In this document: positions 12,445 to 26,228 of the stretch, in pieces
Position numbering within the stretch: the stretch's first letter is position 1
Layout of the letters: each line of letters starts with the position of its first letter
Assembly: GCA_017499595.2 (NCBI GenBank)
Contig: CM039004.1
Location: forward strand, 744,001 to 808,000
Source of the DNA: Psilocybe cubensis
Lineage: Eukaryota
DNA: 64,000 nt
Direction of reading: 5' to 3'
Position numbers and translations under genes: made by a program
Notes under the pieces: model-generated
Seen by the model: only the letters and a program-made list of their open reading frames with translations
What the model was told of the DNA's origin: nothing
Database searches by the model: none

Positions 12445-15400
12445 CTAAGGAGGAGAGTTCCAGCCTGATGATAAAGCCCAATAAAACTCTTTTGTAAAAT
12501 ACCGGTTTAAGCGGAATTCCAGGCTTAAACTGTGACTGTTATTGGTGTTAAGCACAGGATTTGCTTTTACCCCCAACCGAGGGGTCAGGTCTGCGAGAGC
12601 GCAAAGTTGATCCAATGGGAGGATGTCGGCCATAGGATTGCCATCTGCGCGCTTGCTTCGTTTCAAAATATACATTGATGTGGACGGCTCTGGATAAAGA
12701 CCGCGGTCTCTCGATCCTGAGGCGGCTGGTTGAAGGACGACTTCGAAGCGCTGGGAGTATGTGAGAAACTTGTCAGTGACATATGGTATTGCCGTGTTTG
12801 GTGACGTAGGAACTGCACGAAAAATAAAACGAACGTCGACTACAATATGGCCTTTGATGACAAAATGTTAGCATGAGTTTTCTAGTAACAAATAAATTCT
12901 ACCTTTCAGACCACTTTGTGGCCATGTGTGGTCCAAGTCCACATTTGCAATCGCGGAATCAAAGAGACCGCAAGGATGTTTCTCTGAGGGTGGAAAGGCA
13001 CGCATGGTTACAGGAGGAAGACGGTTATGTGGATAAAAATATGAAGTGGATTGTAAACAAACTTTCTCCCACACCTCTAATGTTTTGACCGGCAGAATGG
13101 AGTCCATAGAGGCATATCGACGACCACCAATATAGTCTATGTGGCCACTTGGAGGCTGTGAATTTCCGGTAAAATTAGTATCGGCGATACGCGAGACCTT
13201 CTGGATGTAGTCTGCAAGTGCTGCTTGTAGATCTGGGAGGTTAAACATTTGGGCAACCTTCTGGATTGACATTCGTTTATAGCTAGAATCACGGGACAGA
13301 TGAAATGCCACGTTTTTTGAAATTTGCTGCGTTCTGAGTGGATAGGGATAGATTCCTGGGGAAGATTGTTTTAAGTATCTCGCGTCCTGGAAATAGTTGG
13401 CAATTTCGCGTGATTGCGATCCGGAGTAAGGTGTATAGTAGTTGAGGTAATGGAGGAGGTCATCCACGGTTTTAACGGTAGGACCAGTTTCAAGGTCCTC
13501 GAGTTCAGATAAGTCCGAGCCAGAGCCAGAGTCAGAGTCATCTTGAGGTGGTGGCGCATTGCCAAATTGAAGACCCGTCATTTGAACTGATGTTGCAAGG
13601 TCAAAATTACGGAGTTTTTCCATTCGGTCAAGGTAGCGGCATATCTGAGCTTCATATTTCTGGTTATTGCTGGCTGAGGCGGGCTCTTTCACCAATTCAA
13701 TGTGCGCATGTTCTGTGGTGTCCGCTGACCACTGGATCGCAGCGCCGTTGCACCTAATATTGGGTACTACGCTTTGAAGAATTTCTAGCTTTGGAATGAA
13801 CCAGTGATTGATTCCAATGCCCTTTTGTCCGCGCCGAGCACGAGCATCTATGATACTTTTCTTATACTGGTGGAATCCTTGGAGAGCATTTGAAATTTTG
13901 GTGCATTGTTCTTCGTCGATGACCGGGGCTTGTGCAAGATATCAAAAATCCATGAGAAAGCGGAGCGCAAAGAGAAAGTCATTGAGAACGGCATTGGCTA
14001 TAAGTGCTATCAAGTAGCGCTCTATATCACGATGTTCTCGGCCTGTCACCTGTTTCAGTGATGATATCCCTTCCTTAAAATGTCGAAAACCAGCATGGCC
14101 CTGAAGGACTTTGAAACGAAAGTCTAATTCGGCGCCACCAACAGCATTGATACACCATTTCACTTCGTGATCCCAAAAAAGCTTATGCCAATGGTGGAGG
14201 GGTTCTGGTGTGAGGAAGACCGAAGGGTCTGACAATGGCCAATCACGCCAAAATGGGCGATGTACACCATTCAGACGAAATTTATCGAATGCAGCCTTAC
14301 GGTAGGTCTCAAGCTCCCAAGGATTGAGGTTCAATGGGGGCTGTTCTAGGCTGTGTAAGGCCCTGAGGGTCGAAAGTCCTGTCCTAGGCGGGTGGCGAAA
14401 TGGGTCTCCAAATTGTTTGTTGTGTGCCATGGTGAGTGACAATGTTTTCCCCGCAACCCCTGAAATTAGAGCTGATTCGGGAGTATCCACGATATAGGCT
14501 GCGAGTGGAGTGTAACAGCGTCTTACATTTCCGACGGGGTCAGACATCATGACTCCAACTGCCGCTGCTACTTTCAAAGGGGCGAGTACAATGTCGAGGC
14601 ATTCGTGAGTGAGTCTAGCTTCCAGCATTCCGCGGATATTTCTTTGTGGATGATGAAAAATCGGGATAGGAAGAAGGGCCAGAAGAATGAAATGATGGCC
14701 TGTTCCTTTATTACGCACGTCCATAAATATATTTCCACTGCTAATAAGTAAAGGATGTGCCTGTCGATTGCCTGTTTGTGCAGAGATTGATGTTTTGTCG
14801 GAGGAAATGATAGCCCCAATAAGTGTTGCGCCATCCTCCAATTCATCCTTTTTAAAAAATAGGGCATTAGGCATTATTTAAAGAGCTCATAGGTGATTCG
14901 ATACGGACCTGCATAAAGTGCGCAGCATCGCCTGACAACCATTCAGTGTAGACCCGCGTAACCTTTGCTGCAGACTCCCACAAGCGAAAGGGAGTAAAAT
15001 GAATTTTATCGAGTAGGAGGGGAGAGCTAATAAGGACCTGCAAGCATTCCACAGGATTTCGATAGAAAAGATATACAGGCTTTTGTGTAGGAACCGCTGG
15101 TACCACTCTCTGACTTTTCCAAGCGGGGCCTGAAGGTAACATTTCTGCCCGATTTCGAAGTTCCTGGGCGGAACGGAAAGACAAGGATTGTGATTTCACC
15201 TATGGTCCAATGATTCATGATATGTATGTAGTAATTTTTATGAAGACTTACTATCCTCAGTTTGAGGTATTTATTAATTTTTTCCATACTCATTTGGGAA
15301 CGCAAAAGAAAGAGTGCCAATTCCCACTCTTGAGACGAAGCAAATGGATAAAACACATTTAATCTTCGCTTGTCGGCATTTTTGTCCTGATTGAACTTCT

Positions 15401-15794
15401 CCATGAAAGTGCTACCAACACTGTATACCCGACCAGCGTTGGGATAATTTTCCTTGAAATAGGGTGAGGCTGGTTTCGAATCACCGGTTTGGTTTTCTCT
15501 CTCTGTGTTATCGGATTCATCGGGGAAATCATCCGGGAAATCATCGGGGAAGGCTTCCTGCTCTTGTGGCGAGTCGTCCACATCCATGGAGTTGTCTTGC
15601 TGTTGCGGTGTATCTTCAAAGGTGTCAACCATCGGGGAAGGGTTAGTCTGAAAGATTATAACATCTTCAAACATGTAACGACAACAAACTCTCGGTTGAT
15701 TCATATGGTTAAGGAGCCTCGATTCATCCGGAAATCGGGCGGTACATCAAGGGCAAAGGTACACACGCTGCATAGTGCGTTATTGACCTTCCAT
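12445..15794 (-). pseudogene. Plavaka-family transposase (4 exons) with premature stops
   Basis: N-terminal C2H2-like finger, FYPFASSQEWELA, LFYRNPVECL, RVYTEWLSGD, GATLIGAIISSDKT, AAYIVDTPE, PEPLHHWHK, ELDFRF, WFIPKLE..WSADTTEHAHI. Introns at 15251-15200, 14908-14848 and about 12902-12852. In-frame stops at 15782-15780, 15749-15747 and 13944-13942. Confidence 0.9.
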
Positions 15795-16189
15795 GGAGGT
15801 AGATGGAGGTAGATGATAAGTTCTGATAACACGTATGATCAGACGACATTTTTATAGCATGATCCAAGCGTGAGTTACCTCCATTATTAGCACATTGTTA
15901 TCAATGCATGATCTATAAATAGAATGTGGTTGAATAAACGATGAAGTTCAAGGAAATTTGTGCAGTATACGCCCTCTTCCGCCTTCTGAACACCAACATG
16001 TGGTATAGATCCAGCCTCTTGACTGGCCCCATTGACGCTTTCGGTATAAAACACTGAGGAACAGGGACAAGGCGAGACATATGCTTGAGATCTTGTAATA
16101 TTTTGTATAGGGTATAGTTAACACAAAACGAAAGCCACCAATTGAGAGATACTATATGTATGCAAAGAAGCACAGGCTTCTCGTCAATC

Positions 16190-16925
16190 CAGTATCCGCC
16201 CTCTTGGTTGATTGTTCCTTGTTTACCAGCAATTCCTCATCAATCTTGTCATTGAGACTAGGAAATTTGCGCTTGAGATCCATGAAAGCTAGGCGCTTCT
16301 CCCAAACGACCTGAGATTTATGATTCGGTGTCCTTGTCGTTGTCAGGATTGCTTTTGCGAGTTTGAGTGGGTAGGAGAATTCTGCTTGGAGTCGGGCTAG
16401 CCTATCCGACGATGTGACTTGTGATGCACGAGTCTTTAGGACGGCTTTGCTTTCTTGTCTTCGGAAGCATATGTAGGATTCGTTGAGAGTATCGGATTCA
16501 TTGCCCTTAATTGATAGAATAAGTATATAGAGTAAGGAAAGAAAATGAATAACTTACATTTACGGTGGGTATGATTTGGTGTCCTCGTCGTTCCAATCTG
16601 CGCTCCTTCCAATAAGGGTAAATGGTTCTTGCGTTTTGAGCAAGGCTTGCGGTGTAGGTATCAAACTTGGCACACTGTATGTCGCGAACATCGTCACCCG
16701 AAGTGTCGCAGAGAAGACATCCTGATACTTTGAGAAAGCAGGGAATTCCATGCCTGTCTCCAAGCTCTACAAGACATTATAAGTAGCAAATTCTCTGTCA
16801 ATGGCAAGTCACGTACGTGATGCAGATACTCCGTCTTGTCGTGCATTACTTTCTTAAATATACCCATCACCAACTCGAACTCATCTTCAGAGATAACAAT
16901 AGGGACCGAAAATTTGGGCTTCTTG
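16190..16925 (-). pseudogene. EPL1: Captured internal fragment of Enhancer of polycomb-like protein 1 (NuA4 subunit)
   Basis: ISEDEFELVMGIF, IYPYWKERRLERRGHQIIP, ESYICFRRQESKAVLKTR and SSDRLARLQAE match the EPL1/EPC core. Two introns are retained (about 16817-16767 and 16557-16506), there is a frameshift near 16630, and both termini are missing. Confidence 0.8.
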
Positions 16926-17219
16926 ACCTTCACATTTATACTACAAGCTGAAGCCTAGGAAACATAGTCCAAAGTTGAGAACCAGTGTGAGATTAGTGTT
17001 GTCAGTGTGCATTAAAAGTCCTTTAACCAGATACACACTAAAATATTTGATGCGGGCTTAGGATAATCACCAAGTAGCGAAGGAAAGGGTAAATAAATGA
17101 ATAAACAGAGATTTAAAAAAAGTGTACATGTTCATTAACTAACTGTATAGAGAATGCATCAAGAAATAGGACGGGGCATGCATCAAAAAATGGGACAGGA
17201 TGTGCAATGACAAGAAGTT

Positions 17220-20183
17220 TCATTTCATATCGTGTGACTCCACAGGCAGGTGTTTGTCAAGGAATTTTTTAGCTTGCAGAGCATTGTTATCGATAAGCTC
17301 TCTGTTCACTTTCCCGCCTCTCAGTATTCGTTTCCAGGCATTGGCGGAGAGAGGCTGACCACCATTTTCGATTTCTTTGAGATGGTCAAGGAAAAAACGC
17401 TCATTCCGTTCAGTCCACCCCAGCCAATTGTACCCGTTGAATGTTGACCATACATAAGGCGGCGGAAACCACAATTTAAGAGTGACTTGGCCTTTGATTT
17501 CTGTAAAATATCAGAATGGGCAATGTTGAAATGACAGGAATAATGTACCAGTGTAGATTGAATAAGTTCCGCATATTACTGCCAGCTCATCTTCCGTCAT
17601 CTCATCATCGCAATACGCGCTACCGTCAGAGACTGAATGGAACACAAAGCCAGAATGATGTTCTGTGACTTCAATCGAGGGTCCTTCCAAAGCTCCGTCA
17701 AGACTAGTATGCTCTCGGGCAATGCGTGAAATGATTCCACCCTTTAACAATGCCGCACGGCCGCGAGGCTGGTTAACCATAGCTTTAGAGTATATCATGG
17801 AGGCCTGAAAATCGTGATGAGAAAATTCATATCCCGCCTTCCGAAACAATGTTGCTGCATAAGCTGCCCGTAATGTCTGAGTGTCGGGTGATAGCCGCAA
17901 TGGCACTAGAGTGCGAAATGCGATGCATTCCTTCAAAAGATGACGTGCAATTGTGAGCAGCGTGTATCGAGGGTTAGATAAAGCAAGACGGCAGATATAT
18001 AGTGCAATTGCAGGGGACTCAACTCCCAAAACCCAGTCCACCGCCGTTGTGAACGGTTTTGTGAATATAAACATGTTCGGCGATGGTCTTTGAATAGATG
18101 AAAAGTCCAGCAAATGGCTCAGGGAGGAGTGATTAGTGTCATTCAGATCACACAATTCGGCCAGCATCTGTGAATCTGACTTTACCAAGGCGGTGAAGAA
18201 TTTGATGATGCATTGCCGCTCCGTTGGTGAGAGCTGCTCATCCTGTCCGCCTACTTCGAATCCAAAGCATCTAGATACAGCTTTCCAGCTCTCTGATGAA
18301 GTTTCTGTTGCATTGACATTGGGTAAGGCCGGCACGTAACCATATCCATACTTCAAAGTGAGAATTGTGTCTTGCTTTGGCGTCTGGCGCACTGTGTCTG
18401 CTACGACAAACAGTTCCGGTGTGGAGTCAATTGTGGGCTTTTCAAGCTCCTGTCGACTATCGTCTACATGTGAAGAAGGCTGGGACAGCTGTTCAGAGAA
18501 GTACGGTGCCATATCGGAGCTTTCACTATCATCGACATCAGAAAGATCTTTAGGATCGCCGTAATCAACTTCATCGTCCATGTCGTCACCCTGTGCCAGT
18601 TCAAGAGGCGGTTTGAAGCCAGTGCAGAGATTCCACTCGTTGGTGATAGCGTCATAGACTCTTTGAGACTTTGGATAGCTATGGTACATCAATAGCTGAT
18701 TGTTCTTGTTCACGCGAAGTCTGAGGTAGAGTTTCTTCCCTCGCGAAGAACGAATTATCTTCCATTGGTAGATATTTGACTGTTCGAGAGGTGGGGGAGT
18801 CTTCTGGCATATTTTGAAGTATTCGATCATATCTTCCCTCTCGATAGCCAAAAATTCACTATTCCGTTTCGCTCTATTGTCAAAAAAGGCCTTCCAGTTA
18901 GCAAAAAGAGAACCCCTCTCCATTTCGTCCAGCCATCCAATCGCCTCTCGCATGGGTGCATTGGCCGCAAGATGAGCCACCTCTTTCTTAGCTGATGATT
19001 CAGCGGATACTTTTGACTCCAACCTCTTGAGTATCTCCGGAAATTGTGCTTCATTGGCCATGTCCTCGTTGGACATATACTCATAAAAAATATTTCTCAC
19101 CACTGTCGGTTTTTGTTTCCAATCCAGAGGAAAGATTTTTCGCGCATCTGCATTGTGTGGATTACAGTAGCGCTGTATTAGCAGCATGCACATCATTGCG
19201 TCAGAACCCTTGAGAATGGAACCCAGCGCTTTTCGAACCAAAGCTTCCGGGGGTTCAAAGGCCTTGAGAGAACGATCAAGAAGTACTGCTTCATCCTCGA
19301 CCATTGTCCATGGATAGTACACGGGGATGTGATGGTCAAAGAAGAACTGGATTGGCGGTCTGGATTTATCATGCTTGCTCAAGCGTAGAATGACACCGGC
19401 GCAAGGGGTGGTCCAGTCAAATGAAAGTACTGACGATGAGCATAACCCATCCAGCCAAGGGCCTTCAAGCGAACTTTGTTCTGAGAGTTTTTTGTACCAG
19501 TATGGATAAGGTTGATATGTGTGCTGCGGCTTGATAGCAACTTGATATTCGTGGCGCAATGCTTGAGTAATGAGATAAGAAAGATATCCCATCCAGACCA
19601 CAAACCAGCTCCTGGCCAAGGTTATCATTGTTCGAAGAATTTCAGGAGACTTCTGTGGTTTATTATAATGGAAAAACGACGGAGGTGGAGGAGAGGTACC
19701 GGGTATACCATGCTGCAACCGCAAGTAATGTGCTGCGCACAGTATGTTCCGTTCTGTGGTTTCCCAATGCAATCTATCGGCCTCCTGCATGACGTACTTG
19801 GGGTGTTCTTCTTTCTCTGAGTCTTCAGACTCTTTGGACGTTAAGGGTTCTATAATTGGGATCCAGCATAGGTTTTCAAAAGGATATGACAGAAAGGAAG
19901 GTGCAAGGGGGACGAAGGAAAGCCATCCAAATACATCCGACCACCAAACAGGTTGCTTGAACATTGCAGCGTTGAGGCGCTTGCCTTCAAAGGGACTGAC
20001 GACGTGTCCAGGTTCGGGAGGGATAACTACGGGGCGTTGCAAGTTTGGAGAGCAATAGATAGTCCCATCCTGGACAAATACACATCCTTGTTCCCAGTCA
20101 ATCTGAACGTTAGGATACTCCAGCATCAGGGCGAACTCTCTGATAAAAAATGGATTAAGGAACGAGTGAAGAGACGAAGACAA
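17220..20183 (-). CDS. Large hypothetical protein (about 950 aa), TE-associated; true start uncertain
   Basis: 890-codon open frame plus a final exon after an intron near 17550-17500. C-terminal motifs PRGRAALLKGGIISRIARE, DDEMTEDELAVICGTY, WFPPPYVW and GWTERNERFF. No named domain recognised. Confidence 0.75.
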
Positions 20184-20497
20184 TCATTTTTACTTACCGT
20201 TTAACAACACAAACAGGTTGTTTAGTCAAGTTACGGACGATATTGAGTCAAAAAAAGCTGAAGGACATTGAGTATTGGCTACGGATAACGATCGTGAACT
20301 TACAAAGTGATGCGAAGCCTTAGCTACCAGCTTTTCGAGATTTACTGCTTCTGACAACAGCGGTGCAGATTGCAAGATAGTGCGTCGGAAGGACACGAAG
20401 ATGGCGACGGCGGTAGAGGGATGACGGGCGCGACAGGTCGAAGAATGGAATCGCCACGGAATCGGAGCGAGATGAGAGGATCAGCTTAGTTGAAGAT

Positions 20498-21594
20498 ATA
20501 TAGACAAAACGTTCATCTATATCGCTTCAAAATAAGAAGTCCAGACCAGCGTGAGGTGTCTTGATTAACACTAGCGGGCAGAATACCAGGGGGGAAGTGG
20601 ATTCCACGGAATCACCACGGAATCGCAAGTTTGGCCAGAGGATTTAACGTGATTGACGATATACAGACGAAACGTTCATCTGTATATCTTCAATTGGCAT
20701 AAGCCGAGTTAGAGGATGACGGCGAATTGGCAAATACAGACAAAACGTTCATCTGTATTCCCAATATACGCGACGTTGATGGTTAAGGCAACTAAGCGAG
20801 ATCCAATAGTGCGCAGAGCAACAGTCACGTGATTTAATTTCAATCTCCGATTAAATTAACTTGGAGGAACGTTGATGCTTGCTCTGATTCCCACCCTATC
20901 TTCCCCGCACCCACTGGTGTCGATAAGGAATACAGAAGAACGTTTCTTCTGTATTTCTTTCTGACATTCAGTGGGCATGTTTTCCTCCAAATAAACCTCG
21001 ATCTGCCTCCTTCCTCTTCCCAACCATGTTTTTTACCCTATCCAAGTTGCCCGCGCGCCCACTGATATGATTGATAAGGAATACAGGAGAACGTTTCTTC
21101 TGTATTTCTTTCTGACATCCAGTGGGCGTGTTTTCCTCCAAGTAAACCTTGATCTGCTTTTCCTCTTCCCAACCATGTTTTTTTTACCCTATCTTGCCCG
21201 CGCCCACTGTTTGATCGATAAGAAATATAGAAGAACATTTCTTCTGTATTTCTTTCTGACATTCAGTCGTCGTTTCTCCTCCAAGTAAACCTTGTTCTGC
21301 CTCCTTCCTCTTCCCAACCAAGATTCTCACCCTATTTTACCCGCACCCCCTGATGTCGATGAGGAATACAGGAGAACATTTCTTCTCTATTTCTTTTTCA
21401 CATCAAATGTTCGTATGCCCCACCAAATACACGCATGCCTCCTTCTGCTTCCCAACCGACCAGTAATCCATCCCTCAACTCTGATCATCAACAGAATCCA
21501 AGGGCTAGTTCAGGCATTTGATAATTTACCCTCTTTTGTCCACCTTGTCGCAGGCGCTTCGATTCGACAGGGAATACAGAGTTTCTTCTATATT
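20498..21594. repeat. Array of 7-8 quasi-palindromic 25-bp motifs; the right-hand copies sit in tandem units of about 140-150 bp
   Basis: Consensus ATACAGAWGAACGTTTYKTCTGTAT. Inverted copies at 20498, 20661 and 20734; forward copies at 20930, 21081, 21225 and 21366; a degenerate copy at 21574. Confidence 0.85.
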
Positions 21595-21880
21595 CCTTGT
21601 TTGCTTGGTGAGCGTCTAGTCATGTTCGTTGTATCTTATTAGCGATCACTAACACCTCACGACTTCAGACAATGAACGCTTTACCAAATCTTATCAGCAG
21701 CCTATAGCATCTCTATCATGTGACTGCTGCCCTACATGTAGTAAACAGACTACTAGTACGTTCCCACACTGCTCTTTCTCTATTGCCTCGGTTCACTGTG
21801 TAGTACGTTTTGTACCTCCAGCTTCGCACCTCAATCTGATTCATTCTTCCTTAGTTAATCTAAATCTACAATTCACCACA

Positions 21881-22344
21881 ATGATCACCACATCGTTCGC
21901 GGTCGTTGACAATGAGGTGAGTATCAAATTGTCCCTCGAATTCATGACCATTTTGTACTGATTGTCTTCAGATAATTACCCTACAGCAAGCCTTCAAAAT
22001 GCTCAAACATGCGAAGGACGAGCTTGTTCAGCGCCGTGAAAAGCAACTTGAATTGTGCATTCGAGTTGATGAAGCCATCGCAGCAATGAAGAAGGCCGAC
22101 GTCGAACTATTTGAGGCAGAACTCGAGCTGGGGAGAGTCAGGCACATCATTTCAAAAATTGGTGTTGAGCTTCCCCTTCTTGACCGACAACGGACGCCCA
22201 ACAACATTGAGGAATTCTTGTTCAAAACTCACGGGTGTAAGTACTCACTTTCTCTTAACTCGTACCGCACGTCTTAACTTGTCAATAGCTTTGCATACGG
22301 TGGAGCACCCATCTTTTGGTGTCATGGGGATTGTGTTGGACTAG
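21881..22344 (+). CDS. Small coiled-coil hypothetical protein, 3 exons (cargo)
   Basis: ATG at 21881, two canonical introns (GTGAGT..CAG and GTAAGT..TAG), heptad-like LKHAKDELVQRREKQLEL, TAG ending at 22344. Confidence 0.65.
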
Positions 22345-22584
22345 TGTTGTAATACCAGTATAGTTAGACATATGTATATGCCACTTCTCTGTTTTTTTAT
22401 ATGTTTAATGTTGTTCTATGCCACCATCTAATAGCCCCTGAGCTTTGGGGATGATCAATGAATTAAATTGAGCGTCGACTACTACCAAATCAGGTATTCC
22501 AACTAAATGATTGGGGTTTTATTTTTTCTCATTCTTTCCTCTTACTTGTAAGGTTCTCTAGACTGGAGACACGACGCCAACCTG

Positions 22585-25500
22585 ATGTCTAACGATAAAT
22601 CGAAGAATACTGGAACTCGTAAGGCCAATGCCAACTCGAAAACCTCTCAACCTCAACCACGCGCTATGACGCAACAAACTGCAAGTAGGGTCCATCAAGC
22701 TAATGGCGACAAAGGTATGAGCTTTTTTTGATTTTTTCAATAGCTGACCTGTCCTCTTTTTCCGTCTTTTTTCAGACAACAATGCCATTGACATGCCAGC
22801 AAATGGACGGCCAGTCCAGAGCACTCGTGGCCAAGGCGGGAGCTTGACACAATTGCAAAAAACAAGCAATGTCGTGGGGCGCCAACTTGAACTCATGCAG
22901 CAGAAGCAACAGCAGAAGCGGCAGTGCTCTCGCGATGATCAACCTACGCCCACTCGCCTTGAAAAGGGTGGAGAATCCTTGGCTCGTAACGATCTGGCTC
23001 CTCCAGCTAAACGTGCTCGCGGTGAGGTAAGCCTGTATTGCTATACAATGTATTGACTCTGATATAACCCTCATCTGATCTTTCAAGGCCCGAGTCACCA
23101 TTGTCGATAGACACGATGCGCCGTTGTTTTCTGGTGTGTCCAATCTTGGCTATGCTTCATCCACTGCAAGGCAACAAAATTCTGGAGCAGCGCCACCAAA
23201 TGCATCAATACGTCTCGAGCAACCGGGTAGAACAAATCAAACAAGTCTCAACACCAGCGCACCCCCGTCTCAACCACAAAGTTTGGCCAGGGCGTCCAAT
23301 GGCAATGCGCCTCAACCTGCCCAACCTCAAGTCCAACAAAGAGGTCCTCAGGAACATCAGCGAGCTTCCACGGCAGCCATGCCCCTCCAGTATGAGCGTG
23401 TAGGCCAAACCGAACAAACTTTGATTCAGCAGCATGGTATGAGTTTTTCTTTGACTTTAACATGTCCACTTATATTGTAGGCGGGGCGCAACGAGCAGAG
23501 AATCAATATACTAATTATCAGCTCAATGTATGTTGATTATCACATTCTCTGCATTATTTCTGATAAATTTGTAGACTATTCATGACGATATTTACGGCTC
23601 CCCATCTAATGATCGCAATCACAATAACCACGCCGACGATTATGACGACAATCACGCCGGTGTCGAAAATGATATGGATGCTGATGGAGAGGAAGATGAA
23701 GAAGCAGGAGAAGTAGACAAGCCTGAGGAAAGCAATGGATATGACGATGGGTTGGAACATGCTTCGCAGGCTCGCCAGGGTCCGGCTGACGTTAGTCCTA
23801 GCCACTTCAAATTCTCTTCAGACTTTGTGCGTTGCTGACTATCATGTTAGATCACTCTGGACCTTAGTCAAGTAAATCCATTTGACAACCGATTTTACCC
23901 TGGAGGCGAATTCGACTACATGGGGCAACAGCAAACTGGCACCAACCTGGATGGTAATTCCGGTCTCCGTAAGTTTATCCTCAGAGTCCAGGCCTTTCCA
24001 CTTCTCTCAAACTCTGTGATATACCCAGGGGTTGTTGACCAAATCTCGGATGGTGAGGAGGAACGAAGGGCGATGCAACATCTTTGGGATTTTGTACCGG
24101 AAAGGAACGCACACAACAATGTAAGTGTCTTCTTATTCAATTTGAAGAACCTTTGTTATATTCATATTGGTCTAGGATGACTCAAATGTTCAAGATATTC
24201 TCCGGGAACACCACCTGCGAAACCCCCTCGTCGCCCTCCTTCTGTTCAGTACCTTGCTGAGGTAGCTGCTCGTCAAGAACCTCGTTGTCGAACCACTTCA
24301 AAATCGGCCGAGCTACCGGAAGAGGAGCAAGGCAAAGAGCAGGATGAAGAACAGTTCAAACAGCAGTTCGAGGACGATAGTGTCTCTTTTTCTGGTGACA
24401 ACAACAACAACAACAACAACAACAACGACAATGACAATGACAATGACAATGACAATGACAACAACAACGACAACAACAACAACAGCAAGAACAACAAAAA
24501 GAAAGGTAGCCGAAAGAGAGATCCCGACATGACATGCTTACGACCATATCCGAAACCAATTCAGACCGTGCTTGAGCATGCAAAGAATTTGTATAGAAAA
24601 CATATTGTTGAAGAACACTCATTTCCTTCTCGTAGAGTTGACCTGACAGATGCGACCACTTGCATCGCCCAAGCGTTCTCGGCTCACAAAAAAGAGCATA
24701 ACATGCGGTTTTCAGACAGTAAGTCAGATCATTGTTGTATTATTCTTCTCGTTGATTAACTGGTGTTCAGAATACGCTATCAACCGATCAATGTCGGTCC
24801 TGGTGAGTTTTATAATCGCAGTTTTAATTGCTGTACAAGGATTCATTTAATTGATCTCTAGGTTTTCAAAGAGGCTGCCTGCTATAGAGGCAGCCTCAAA
24901 ACAATGTGCCGAAACCTTGTACAAATTCATTATCGGGATGTGATTACCGTGTCAAAAGAAACTCGACGAGCATTTACCAGACCTCAATTGGTCCAGGAAC
25001 ATGAGAATGAAGATGCAATTCCGTTATCCGACGGGGTGCATCCAGTCAATAAGTATGGCGCACAGCAAGTCGACGACGACGATGACATTGAGGAGCCATT
25101 CCCGCAACAAAGGGATGAGCCGACTCTCATTTGTCAACAAGTGGAGCACGTACTTGGTGAAGATTGTCTATTTCTCGCTGGAAAAAACGATTCAAATGTT
25201 GGTATTTGCTTCTATTCTATGTTGATTCACACTGACTACTTATCTTTCTTTTTAGGAAAAACGGACTAACTTCGGCCATCCATGTGTGGAGGCCGCGGTC
25301 CTCCAGTTTTTTTATAATCCCCGCAATGGGATTGCGAAACTCTTCCCGGAATCATTCAAAGAAAGTATCTCTAACAATGCCCTCGCATTAGTGGCAACCA
25401 TTGTAAGTTGGCTTTCTTCTATTGAATATTGTATTACAACAATATCTCATTGTAATCCAGATAAAGTGCTGTCTCGATGAATACGCCACCGGGACCTTTA

Positions 25501-25762
25501 TCGGACTGGAACTAACAACAGCAAAGTATGGCAATGTCCATACTGGGATGCTCGCGTTTATTGATATGATTCAGAAGAATTCATATCATGGTGCCAAGCT
25601 CGAGCAGCGTTGTCGCCACTGGGCAAAGAAGGGCATGTGAGTATTGCTTTGGCATTGTTTGTTTTACTCATTTTCCCCTTCATTGACAACCTTTACAGGG
25701 AATTTCTCAGATCTTGTCCCAATGTCTCCAACCAACTTCAGTTCCGGCCTGTTCTGGACTGA
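22585..25762 (+). CDS. Multi-exon protein with a low-complexity N-terminus and a C-terminal DUF6532-like domain (may carry lesions)
   Basis: Many canonical introns. NFGHPCVEAAVLQFFY..GIAKLFPESF..ALALVATI|IKCCLDEYATG..YGNVHTGML..YHGAKLEQRCRHWA..FRPVLD*. Confidence 0.75.
24397..24497 (+). repeat. Coding (AAC)n/(GACAAT)n microsatellite (Asn/Asp tract)
   Basis: Directly visible inside the DUF6532-like gene. Confidence 0.9.
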
Positions 25763-26194
25763 AGTCGGTTGGTTGGCGGTTGGTTGGCAACATCAGCAGA
25801 AAAAGAAAAAACTCAGTAGTGCTATAGTTGTATAATAGACTGGGTAGTCTTGTTGACTGCCCCCCTATTTTATTGCTCCCGTAGCTTCCCACCTAAAGTC
25901 AGTAGACCCTGTAGATTTCTTAGTCATATATGTAGCTTTTGTAGTTTTCTATAATTCTAACAAATAGTATAATAATAATCTATAGATACTACTGGTACTA
26001 CATTGCTAATGCACAATTTGATATTGAGTAAAAATCATCAATAGGGCATTCTACTCCCTCCAACTAGTTGACTATGAATAGTAAGCATCCACCAAGTCCA
26101 ACAATACACTATACCTCTACTTAACTCTTTTTAACCCATCCACTATTAGAATTAGTTAATTAGATAACAACAGAAAAGATATGGTTATGACTGG

Positions 26195-26228
<34 letters not shown>

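Noticed and set aside
20890-21480. CRISPR-like array of palindromic repeats
   Set aside because: The intervening sequences resemble each other (tandem units) rather than being unique spacers, there are no cas genes, and the context is eukaryotic.
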